Below are positions 1 to 10,815 of a stretch of 64,000 nucleotides of DNA, in pieces. The DNA comes from Octopus sinensis (Eukaryota): NCBI RefSeq assembly GCF_006345805.1, contig NC_043008.1, positions 79,298,001 through 79,362,000 on the forward strand, read 5' to 3'. The first letter of the stretch is position 1, and each line of letters opens with the position of its first letter. The notes below the pieces were generated by a model. It was not told the DNA's origin. It saw only the letters and a list, made by a program, of their open reading frames with translations, and did not search any database. Both the position numbers and the translations under genes were made by a program.

Positions 1-560
1 TGTGGTTGATGGTTGCTTGGGGCTGGTGGAACCCAACAGGCAGTGCATAGTGAAAGCTCAAGTGAGGGTCGGGTGAACCCTGGTAGAGGCAGAAGCTGAC
101 AGTGCTGGTTGGGTCGGCCGATTTATTGGAGGTGGCGCAAGCGATTTGTAGAGGGCAAATCGGGGAACTGCGCCGGACAGTGATACAGCGGCAGGGCCAG
201 TTCTGCCAATACAGTAGCACAGTTGAAGGAGATGGTGGTCTATCGATGCAGTTGGAGAAGCAGTTCACAGGGAGTCGCCAGTGCTTGGTTGGCACTCGGG
301 TGTTGTGGAAGAAGCAACCGTTGGCGAGGTCTGGTGGATGTTGGTCGCACGGAACTGGTGGAGCATTTCATCGACCCGGGCGGTCATCACTCGGTGAAGC
401 GGCAAGGTCGGAAGATGGTCCCAGTTCGGCAGCGAAAGATGAGGAGATATTGATGACAGGGAATAGTGGAAAGGCGGAATGGTCCCTGGTCGTTGGCCAT
501 TGTTGCGCAGAATGGAGACGGCACAGCAAGGTGCTACGTGGGCTATACTTAGATTTTTGA
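1..560 (+). mobile_element. Degenerate Ty3/Gypsy pol remnant (region upstream of and including start of RT)
   Basis: Frame of the 223..453 ORF read through stops gives DVGRTELVEHFIDPGGHHSVKRQGRKMVPVR..**QGIVERRNGPWSLAIVAQNGDGTARCYVGY, resembling the Gypsy RT start pattern GRTxLVEHxIDTG...GIIEPSxSPWxSPIVLVxKKDGxxRFCVDY. Upstream frame reads GLVEP..VRVG*TLVE. Confidence 0.55.
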
Positions 561-1824
561 AAAAGTCGATAATATGGTCCGCGGAAGGGATTTTTATATT
601 TACCTCTTATAACTATTTTTTTTAATCACCCAAGGGAAATAAAGCATAGCACCTGCACAATATTTTTTTAAACATGTAAGGCAAATAACCCATTTCATTG
701 TTTATGCTCAATTACTTTGAATATTGATTTATTTGTGTGTCCAATTTCTAATTTTTGCAGACAATATCACTTTATTTGACACGTGAGTAGAACTCATAAT
801 AATGCCCCTCCAATGGATCCTTCTACCTACTATATATTACTAATATTTTATTTAAACAACCCAAGGGAAATAACCCATACCTACCCTGCAGTTTTTAGCG
901 AAGCAATCAATATTTGATTGTCATGATCAGCCGACCTAATTCTGCATTTTACTACCCACAGTTTTGAACTACTAAACATTATTATTGCACTTCCTTAATT
1001 CGACTCTTAAACCTCAAGGACTTCATTCATACATTTCTATACACACTTTTTTGAATGCCCATTACTACAATAATTCTGCATTTTTACAGTGACACTTTTT
1101 CTATGACAGTAGTATTCCACAACATATCTGTAGTGGCTTCAAGCAGGCATAGCATGCATTCGATCATTGATTGCCAAATTTCACCTAACACTTCAACAGC
1201 ACTTTCCTTATGGTAAAACAATAATTTTTCTGTGAATGACAGGAGTTAGACATTTCCCAGATGCCTTCGCTAAGCAGAAGTATGTTTTTACCACTTGACA
1301 CTTCTTACCTCTTCTAGGCCACCTGGCTGGAATGGAGACAACAGACCTCCAATGAAATCATTTGATACCAACAGTATGTCTATCCTTCTGGCTACTTTTC
1401 ATTAGTTATAAAAACAAGAACTCTGTAAGCTGTAGACAGTTACTGAGAGTGACCATCAGTGAGTGTGAATGTTATTATTGCACTTTCGTCAAACACTTCA
1501 TTCACATATTTATATAAACTCTCTTACTAACCTTCAACAGTCTTTCGCGCCAACCTCCGAAAACCCCTCTCGCCAACCTCCAGCAATCTCTCCCTCCTCC
1601 AGCTAACAGTGTTTTGTACTTTTTTGTGACAAGATACAACTCATGTGGCAGTTATAACGAAATATACACATATATATATACACAGTGTTTCAAATTTAGT
1701 TTAAATCAGTGTTTCTCAAAGGATAGGCATATGGGGAGGCCGGACAAGTTGTTTTGAGAAAATTTGGTTTAAGTGTTCGACAACTCAGCACCGTCCATTG
1801 GATGGGGGGGGGGGCGACTTGCTT

Positions 1825-2060
1825 GTATATACATATACACATATATTTACATATATATACACACACAATATATATACACATACATATACACACACATATA
1901 TATATACATACGCACATATATATANNNNNNNNNNNNNNNNNNNNNNNNNNNNNNNNNNNNNNNNNNNNNNNNNNNNNNNNNNNNNNNNNNNNNNNNNNNN
2001 NNNNNNNNNNNNNNNNNNNNNNNNTATGTATATATATGTATATGTATATATATATGTATA

Positions 2061-2123
<63 letters not shown>

Positions 2124-2143
2124 GTATATGTATATGTATATAT

Positions 2144-2195
<52 letters not shown>

Positions 2196-2200
2196 ATATT
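1825..2200. repeat. (TA)n/(TACA)n/(TATG)n microsatellite containing a 100-N assembly gap (1925-2024)
   Basis: Direct reading; the YIYI/MYMY ORFs here are microsatellite translations. Confidence 0.97.
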
Positions 2201-3140
2201 AGACATAGACATAGCTCTACTGTCATCACCCATACGAGTGCTGGTCGAGAAGGGAGTGAAGCAAGGAGATACAATCTCCCCAAAACTTTTCACCGCATGT
2301 CTCGAACAGATCATCAGAGGCATCGAATGGCAAGGTGGTGTCAACATCAATGGCGAGCTCCTCACTCACCTCCATTTCACTGACGACATCGTACTCATCG
2401 CTGAAAACATGGATCAGCTTCAGACCGTGCTGACGGAGCTCGATATCAAAAGTTCTGCAGTAGGTCTCAAGATGAACCGCATGAAAACAAAGTTCATGCG
2501 GTCAGACAACGTATCAACAGGTCGAATGGTGATCGGCAGTGATGAAATAGAGGAGGTAAAAGAATATGTCTACCTGGGACAGGAAGTAAATACGTGCCGG
2601 GATATCAAAAAGGAGATCTCACGGAGAGTAATGGCCAGATGGAAGGCGTTCAATGGCATAAGGGATGTGCTCAAGGGAAGGTTGGACAGGACCACCTGCG
2701 CCAACCTCATTAACAGTGCAGTTCTGCCTGCAATATTATATGGTAGTGAAACATGGGCTACCACAAAGAGAGAAGAGCAAAGACTGGTAACGGCTCAAAG
2801 AGCCATGGAAAGGTTAATGCTTGGTATCTCGTTGAGAGAGCACATAAATAGCAAGATCATCAGAAAGAAGTCCGACGTGAGAGATGTCATCGCAGAGTAT
2901 ACTCGCAGGAAGTATAGATGGGCTGGACACGTCGCCCGGCTTACCGATAATCGGTGGACGCACGCAGTTGACGAGTGGTACCCGCGTGAGCGGAAAAGAC
3001 CACCCGGAAGACCTCCACGATGGTGGAATGACGATTGGGATCACGTGGATAAGAAAGGCGCGATCCAGAGAGGAGTGGACAGTGTGCTGTGACAAGCGGT
3101 GTCAAATGGACGCCTGACAGACTGGTCGGTCAACATGATA
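2200..3140 (+). mobile_element. 5'-truncated RTE-clade LINE (RT C-terminal half), family distinct from the RTE at 41-45 kb
   Basis: GVKQGDTISPKLF, HFTDD (degenerate xADD), EYVYLG, LYGSETW, RWAGHVAR, RKRPPGRPP motifs; frameshift near 3030; ends in (TATG)n. Confidence 0.9.
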
Positions 3141-3159
3141 TATGTATGTATGTATGTAT

Positions 3160-4054
3160 ATTTTATTTATTTTATTTTATCTAGTTTCAGCTCACGAACT
3201 GTGGCCATGCTGGGGCACTGCCATTTGGTGTTGCTACATGATTTTACTTCACGAATGCTTTTTAGCAAATGCCATTTGGTGCATGAGAGAGGTCGATGCA
3301 GCTGCCCTCATCTGCACCTCATGCCGTGAAGTTGGTTAATCCGGGACACCTGACAGGAAGAGATCCAGTCCTACTTTAAAGACATCCACATCCACCCCAT
3401 GCAGGTCCCTCAGGTTCTTCGGGAGGATATTGAAGAGCTGTGGGCCTCTGAACCCCAGGCTATCACAGTATCTTGTCCTACATCTTGATGGCAAATTTGG
3501 AGTCCTTGGCACCACGCAGTGGCACCCAGTTCTGGCATTTGTGTAACTCTCGATGCCAAAGTTTGGGAAAAGTCCTTCCAGGATCTTCCAGATGTATATT
3601 ATGGCATATCTTTCTCGCCTACGCTCCAAAGAATAGAGTTTTAATCTCTTGAGTCTTTCCCAGTAGCTTATATGCTGCACAGAGGCTATCTTCTTCGTGT
3701 AGCTTCGTTGGATCGCCTCAAGTTCTGTGATCAACTTGACACTGGATGGTGACCATAGCTGAGAGCAATAGTCAAAGTGGCTTAGGACAAGTGTCCTCCA
3801 GAGGACCATCATGTTCTCTTGTTCTAAAAGTTCTAAGAATCCATCCTGCCAGCCGTCTACATTTTATTGCCAATTTAGCAACATGTAGGTGAAAGGTTGG
3901 GTCATCACTCATGTGAATACCCAGGTCACGCACTGATTGTGCCTTTGGGATTGCAATCCCTCCGGGTCCAGTGTATTCATTGTGTATTACATTTAGTTTT
4001 GCATGCTGATAGCGTAAAGCTGGAAACTTTTCAGCATTGAACTGCATGCTATTC
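3160..4054 (-). mobile_element. 5'-truncated CR1-group LINE, subfamily B (3' end with (TAAAA)n tail)
   Basis: About 90% identical by eye to 12930-13790 in the opposite orientation; FDYCSQLWSP, YWERLKRLKLYSLERRRER motifs. Confidence 0.9.
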
Positions 4055-6545
4055 TTTTTTTTCTGTTAATTTTACACTGGTGGGTGACCATAGCTGTGAG
4101 CAGTAATCCAGGTGACTGAGGATGAATGTCCGCCAGAGGACCATCATGGTTTCCTTATCTTTGGTTCTGAATGTTCTTAGGATCCACCCAGCCAGTCGTC
4201 TGCACTTAGTCGCCATCCTGGTAATGTGCACTTGGAAAGAGGTATCATCACTCATGTCGATACCCAGGTCCCTCACAGACTTAAGCTCTGGGATTGAAAT
4301 TCCCTGTGGACCGGTGTATCCTGTAAGTTTAATATTCAGTTTTGGATGCTGGTAGCGCAGGGCCTGGAATTTTTCAGCATCAAACTGCATATTATTATCC
4401 TCAGCCCATCTGTAGATTGAGTCCAATGCCTGCTGCAGGTGTGCAGCATCGCTGGAGTTCTGTATTTTCTGCGAGACTTTCGTATCGTCTGCATAGCTGG
4501 CCAGAGTGGCTATCCGGGCATTTGAGGGCATATCTGAGAGGGCCACTATAAAAAGCAGTAGTCCCAAGACAGTGCCCTGTGGAACACCGCTCACTATTTG
4601 TGTGTTCATAGAGGTGGCTCCATTAACCACTACTGCCTGACTCCTATCATGCAACCACACTCCAAGTTTTCCAGCTATGCCGAGGTAACGTAGTTTGTGG
4701 TATATCATACCATGATCCACCTTGTCAAAAGCTTTTGCAAAATCAAGGTAGATTACGTCCACATTTGATTTGTTGAGTAACTGCCTCAACACCCAGTCAT
4801 AATGCTGTAAGAGCTGGGTCAGGCAGCTCCTACCTGGTCGGAAACCATGCTGGGTATTACTCAGCAAGTTATTTTCCTCAAGGAATGTGATTAGTTTCTT
4901 TCTGACTATCCGCTCCATGACTTTGCTGATGTGTGAAGTCAGAGAGATAGGCCTATAGTTTTGGCATCTGCTCTACTTCCCCCTTTATGTATTGGGCATA
5001 TTATTCCCTCCTTCAGCTTGCTTGGCAGTTTGCCATTCGCAAGAATGCTCTGGAAGAGAATCTTGAGGGGTTTTGCCAGGGCATGCTTACACACTTTGAG
5101 GAGGATGGCTGGGAAACCGTCTGGACCAGCAGCTGAGTTTGTGTCCACTTCATCTATGGCTAGTAGGACATCTTTTTCGCTAATGTCAATACATTCTATT
5201 GTAACCGCCTCGCTGGTTATAGGTGAGGCGGCAAAGAAGTCCACTGGTTCGTTCACTTGTCAGTGTTCCAACGGGGTGGTAAAGACACTTTTGAACTGGT
5301 CATTCAGCATCTCACTGATCATAGTTGGACTGTCTGTGAGGGCGCCATCCTTTTGGAGGAGGGGTCCTATCTTGTAGGGCACTGAGACTGTTTCTTTCGT
5401 GTAATGAAAGAAGGCCTTTGGGTTTGATTTAATGTTTTTTATAGCCCAGGCTTCTTTGTCTGCTTTCTCCTTTACATAGGATTGTTGCAGCCTTTTTTCG
5501 ATCTCCATCAGTGTTGTTTTTAGGCGGGATGTTTCGCTACTTTTGGGATGTTGGTTGAGACGATTTGCAACCTTCATCCGTCGTCTCATGAGGATCTTCC
5601 TGTCTCTTGGAATCTTGCTCCTATTGTTTGGCCTTGTGCTCTGGGACATATTTCTGGCATACGGCTTGCACAGAAGACATGAAACATTCTAGTTTCATGT
5701 CAATGTCTGGTGTGGAGAGACATTCCGGCCAGTCCTCTCTGAGGATCTCTTTTTGGATCGATTTCCAATCTGCTTTGTGGAAGTTCAGATTGGAGAGATT
5801 TCGGGTGCTTCCTTTAGGCTGTATGTCTGGTTACTTTCGGCCCAAACATAGACAGCTCTATTATGTTGTGATCCGAAACTGATGTCGGTGTCACTTTCAC
5901 ATCATGAATGATGTCCATATTGTTCGTGAAGCAGAGATCCAGAATGTTATTCGCCCTAGTTGGCTTGAGTACAACTTGCTCCATGAATAAGGCATTGGTG
6001 AGGTTGAGCAGGGACTCCACCTGTACTTGCTTGCAATGATTCATTCCTGAGAGTATGTGACCTTCGGGCCATTTGACGTTGGGGAAGTTAAAATCACCCA
6101 TAAGAAATATGGTCACGTGGTGTTCCAGATTCATGAGAATTTCTTTCATTCTTGTGAGGTAATCTTCAAACTTGCCTATGTGATTTGGGGCATCCGGTGG
6201 GCAATATGTATTGCATATGACTATATTATGTTGTCTTATGTATACAATTAAGGTGTCACATACCGAATTTGAGTATGTCATCAAGACCTGGGGCGCGAGG
6301 TCATCTCGGATGTATACAGCAACTCCACCATGCTCCTTTCCCTTCTGTCTGTTCGCAGTATGGCATAGTTTGGTATGTGTACTTCTGCGTCCTCTATATC
6401 AAGGTTGAGGTGAGTTTCCACAAGTGCTATGCATAGGGCTTGATTGCATGCAGTAAGATCTCTCAGGAAAGAAATTTTGTTTCTATTTTGATGCAACAGG
6501 TTCCCAATATTTAGTAAAAGTATTGAGGTGACGGCTGTGCAGGCG

Positions 6546-7441
6546 TTAGGGGAGGCCATCCCGTGTCTGTTGACTGTGGTGGGCAGGGTTCCTTCTCTGT
6601 GCTTGGTGTAGCCAGGTTAGCTGCCGGACAATTCTTTCCGCTATGCATAAAAAAGACTCTTGCTTAGCTACTGCGTTGCATAGAACATCTGAGGAGCGCA
6701 CTTCGTTTTTAAAAGTTTTCCTGGGAGACATTTCTTGTGTTCCCTCGGTAAAATTTTTCTCCTTGAGTCCCCTGAAGTTCTGGCGGGGTGTCGGGTGGGC
6801 AAACCGGCAGTTTTTACCGCCCTCACCATGCCAACATTTGCCTCGCAGGTAGAACTTACAGGTTCTTCGGTGCCTTTCAGATTTCTTCTTTCCTGAAGTG
6901 TACTGGGTGGCATTGGATCCTCCATGGGGTTCTCTGCTGTTTGTGTGGTGGGTTGGAGTTTCAGCTTTGGTTGTTTTGCCTTTTCCCTCCTTAATTTTGT
7001 TTTTGGTCCTTCCTTTTTTCTTCTGTTTTTCTAATTTTTCATTTCTTCGTAGGACCACTGGTACAGGAGGGCTTCCGGTTTCTGCTCCCTTGGCTCCCCT
7101 ATCCTTCACTACTTGGTCGTTCACCGGGGTAGGTGATCCATTTTCCTGAGAAACCCTGGATCACAGAGACTTCCGGCTTCCTTCTCTTTTTCGTCCTCTT
7201 CATCCTCATCAGCTTTGCCACAATAATTTTCAATTATGTTGTCCAGTGTTTTTATGTGTGGTTTTATAAGCATGTAAGACCGGATAAACTCATTTTTCTT
7301 CCGCTCTATCTGGTCAATGGTTCTATGAAAACCATTGTTTTTTAGCGCGGCAGTGATGATGTTGTTCGGCGGATCGCCACTAGCAATTGTCCATGCTCTT
7401 AGCAGAAGATCTAACTCTTTCTTTTCCCACCTTGGTGCCAT
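6546..7441 (-). pseudogene. LINE ORF1 (subfamily A): Myb/SANT-like N-terminus plus CCCH zinc finger, split by one frame change
   Basis: MAPRWEKKELDLLLRAW..ITAALKNNGFHRTIDQIERKK (ATG 7441); CKFYLRGKCWHGEGGKNCRFAH; homologous to 9945-10815. Confidence 0.7.
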
Positions 7442-7489
7442 CTTCGTTTTGAAGTCCAGAGGGGCAGTAGAGGCTACAGAGGTAATGAG

Positions 7490-7960
7490 GGATAGAGAGA
7501 GGTAGAGACAGAGAAACACAGAGGGGAAAATAGGGAAAGAGAGAGGGAGATAGGAAGGAAAGAGAGAGGTGCTATGAAAGAAATCGAGAGGGTGATAGAA
7601 GGAAAGCAAGGGGGTGTGGTGTGTTAAAGAGATAGAGGAAGGTGGGGGGAGGGGAATAGAAGGAGAAACAGAGTGAAGGAGAAGAGGAGAAGAGAAAGAG
7701 AGGCAGAGTGAAGGAGAGGAGGAGAAGAGAAAGAGAAACAGAGGGGAGGAGAAGATAGCAAGAGAAAGAGAGACAGGATGAAGAATGTGAGAGAGAGGGA
7801 GAGACGGAGTGAGAAGAATGGGTGGATGAGAAGTATATGAGAGAGAGGGTGAGGTGACGAGAGGATGGGTAGATGTAAGATGGAAAGGAAAGAGAAATGA
7901 GAGAAGAGGAGAATATGAAAGTGAGGAAGGGAGATGAGAAAAAGAGCAAGATATGTATAT
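7490..7960. repeat. GA-rich polypurine low-complexity tract (likely LINE 5' leader on the minus strand)
   Basis: Near-continuous purine run on the plus strand directly upstream of the minus-strand ORF1. Confidence 0.8.
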
Positions 7961-8705
7961 AGGGAGCTCTTACCTCTGTTGGTGACTAAAGGCCTCTCGC
8001 TCAGAGTAAAAGGCAGACTGTATGATGCATGTGTACGAACAGCCATGCTACATGGCAGTGAAACATGGGCTGTGACTGCTGAGGACATGCGTAAGCTCGC
8101 GAGAAATGAAGCTAGAATGCTCCGTTGGATGTGTAATGTCAGTGTTCATAGTCGACAAAGTGTAAGTACCTTGAGAGAAAAGTTGGACCTAAGAGGCATC
8201 AGATGTTGTGTGCAAGAGAGACGATTGCGCTGGTATGGTCATGTGGCGAGAATGGATGAGAATAGGTGTGTGAAAAAGTGCCACACCCTGGCAGTTGAGG
8301 GGACCTGTGGAAGAGGTAGACCCAGGAAAACCTAGGTCGAGGTGGTGAAGCACGACCTTCGAACACTAGGTCTCACCAAGGAAATGACCAGAGACCGAGA
8401 CCTATGGAAGTATGCTGTGCGTCAGAAGACCCGGCAAGACCAGTGAGAACAATCAAAATCAAATCATATATCAGAAAGCAGGGGTTAAGTGACCCATCCG
8501 TTCGTGTCCGCAGTCTGCCTCGTCTGGCACCCGTGTCGGTGATACGTAAAAGCACCATTCGCTCGTGGCCATTTGCCAGCTTTGTCTGGCCCCCGTGTCG
8601 GTGGCACGTAAAAGCACCATCCGTTCGTGTTCGTTGCCAGCCTCGGCTGGCCCCCGTGCCGGTGACACGTAAAAGCACCGTCCGTTCGTGGCCGTTAGCC
8701 AGCTC
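7961..8705 (+). mobile_element. RTE LINE 3' fragment (ORF C-terminus plus part of 3'UTR repeats)
   Basis: RELLPLLVTKG..MLHGSETW..RLRWYGHVARM..RGRPRKT, near-identical to the protein at 42136-42540; followed by AATCAAAATC and roughly 60-bp units. Confidence 0.9.
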
Positions 8706-8850
8706 TGTATCTTTCATACCTCTATCTTCTTCTAATTAGTTTTAGAATTAAATAACCCCTTCTTTTCCACACTTTAATATATTTTCCTCACTTTCTTTCT
8801 TCTACCTCCTCTCTCTCTCCGTTTGTGTATATGTGTGTATGTATGTGCAC

Positions 8851-9320
8851 ATCATCATCATCATCATCATCATTTAACGTCCGCTTTCCATGCTAGCATG
8901 GGTTGGACGGTTCAACTGGGGTCTGGGGAGCCCGAAAGCTGCACCAGTCCAGTCAGATCTGGCAGTGTTTCTACAGCTGGATGCCCTTCCTAACGCCAAC
9001 CACTCCAAGAGTGTAGTGGGTGATTTTATGTGCCACCGACACAGGTGCCAGACGAGGCTGGCAAACGGCCACGCTCGGATGGTGTTTTTTATGTGCCACC
9101 GACACAGGTGCCAGACGAGGCTGGCAGACGGCCACACTCGGATGGTGTTTTTTATGTGCCACCGACACAGGTGCCAGACGAGGCTGGCAGACGGCCACGC
9201 TCGGATGGTGTTTTTATGTGCCACCGACACAGGTGCCAGACGAGGCTGGCAGACGGCCACGCTCGGATGGTGTTTTTATGTGCCACCGACACAGGTGCCA
9301 GATGAGGCTGGCAAACGGCC

Positions 9321-9321
<1 letters not shown>
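8851..9321 (-). mobile_element. RTE 3'UTR terminal piece with (GAT)n tail and about five 62-63 bp tandem units
   Basis: Matches 40955-41330 and the reverse complement of 50390-50560; unit starts at 9028, 9091, 9154, 9216, 9278. Confidence 0.85.
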
Positions 9322-9361
<40 letters not shown>

Positions 9362-9944
9362 TATGCATAGACGCGAACTTTAATAATCTTTCCGTCTTTA
9401 TTTCAGAATCTATTATTTTCTATTTCAGCTTTCCTGTTAATAATCTTTCATTTTTATTTCAGCTTCGTAACCCCCTCTCTTTCTTCTCTTTCTCCCTCTG
9501 TCTCTTTACTTCTCTCTATCACACCATCTCCCTTCTTTCAGCCGTTCAATCTTTCCTTGTCTCTTCACTTCTCCACTTCTCTCTGTCACAATCTTTCCTC
9601 TCTCAGCCTCTCAATTTTTCTAAATATATAGTCGCACAGCTCTCAATCTCTCTAAATACACAGTCACTTTCTTTCTCTATTTCTTCTCTACCCTCTATCA
9701 CACTATTAAATTTTAAATATAATTAGATAGATAAATTAGATAGATAAATAAATATAATTAGATAGATAAATTAGATATAGATACATATAATTAGATAGAT
9801 AAATAAAATATCTTCTTATCTTCTCTCAGCTCTCAATCTCTCTCTAAATACAAAGTCACTTTCTTTCTCTACTTCTTCTCTGCCCTCTATCACACTATTA
9901 AATTTTAAACATAATTAGATAGATAAATAGATAGAGTATCAAAC

Positions 9945-10815
9945 ATGTCCAGAACCTGGAGACGTGACGAATTGGCGTTGTTCGTATGAGCCTGGCAATG
10001 CGCCGACGGAGATAACCCTAACAATATAATTACGGCTGCGCTGAAGAGCGGTAGTTATAAAAGGACAATAGCTCAGATAGAGCAGAAGAAGCAGGAGTCC
10101 ATACGCTCCTATGCACTTGTACGATCTCACATTGGCACGCTTGATGCCATCTTTGAGAACGAACAGAGTAAAGATGGCAAGGATGGAGACGCGGGTGCTG
10201 ATGAAAGAAGTCACCCCCACCTGGTGGACACCCGGGAAGAGGTTTCGAGTGAGAAACCTGCCCGGGAAGTAAACCCAAATGCAAGTGCTCCTACCAGCAC
10301 CAAAAGAAGAAATAAAAGGAGGAAAAACTAAAAGAAAAACTCAAACAAAACCAAAAAATGAAACAGCCAAGAATAGAAGTAAAACTGACTATCCATATAC
10401 CAAAAAGGATGGAAACAAACAGCGCACACGGGTGTGTAGGTTCTACCTGAGAGGTACCTGCTGGCATGGAGAGGAAGGTGTAGGCTGCCGTTTTGCACAT
10501 CGGGGACCCTGCCGCAAAGACACGAAACAGATCAGAAACAAACTAACAAAAGGAAAAGGGATGGACCACACACCACCTGCCCCAAAACGGAGGTACGCAG
10601 ATGTGGTGCGTGCCACAAACCGCCAACATGATCTTGTTGAAAGGGCAGCTACTGAACAAGAATCTTTTTTGTGCATGGCACAAAAGATTGTACAGCAGCT
10701 AACCTGGCTTCATCAAACCCAAGCTCGCAGATGGGACTACCCACAATATACAAGACCACCACAGCAAACAGACCCAAGGCGGACACCACCGGCAACAGCA
10801 TACACCTCACCTTGA
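9945..10815 (+). pseudogene. LINE ORF1 (subfamily B): Myb/SANT-like domain plus CCCH finger; one TGA (probable CGA decay) and one frameshift
   Basis: MSRTWRRDELALFV*AWQCADGDNPNNIITAALKSGSYKRTIAQIEQKK; CRFYLRGTCWHGEEGVGCRFAH; ESFLCMAQKIVQQLTWLHQ. Confidence 0.72.

Larger units (their letters stand above)
4055..7960 (-). mobile_element. CR1-group LINE, subfamily A (ORF1 plus frameshifted EN-RT ORF2, 3' end missing)
   Basis: ORF pieces 6281-6559, 5814-6284, 5260-5649, 4939-5256, 4049-4918 give APE endonuclease (MGDFNFP, LDLCFTN, SDHN) and RT (QHGFRPGRSC, LDFAKAFD, GVPQGTVLG, YADD); pyrimidine-rich leader on the minus strand. Confidence 0.9.

Noticed and set aside
1708-1800. hAT-like CAGTGTTTCTCAAA terminus
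   Set aside because: No matching inverted end or 8-bp TSD is visible (a gap follows).
1696-2383. Several long ORFs rich in YI/MY/HT
   Set aside because: Translations of (TA)n/(TATG)n and N-gap sequence; the same applies to ORFs at 27344, 28952-29302, 38264 and 59847-60587.
9028-9320. CRISPR-like regular repeats of 62-63 bp
   Set aside because: Units are contiguous and near-identical with no unique spacers, there are no cas genes, and they belong to the RTE 3'UTR.
7961-9321. Twin-priming inversion of one RTE
   Set aside because: The pieces are tail-to-tail with about 145 bp of unrelated sequence between them, which is the wrong geometry.
7121-10330. Programmed frameshift between the Myb-like and CCCH parts of ORF1
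   Set aside because: The shift is -1 in copy A and +1 in copy B, at different positions, which fits independent decay better.
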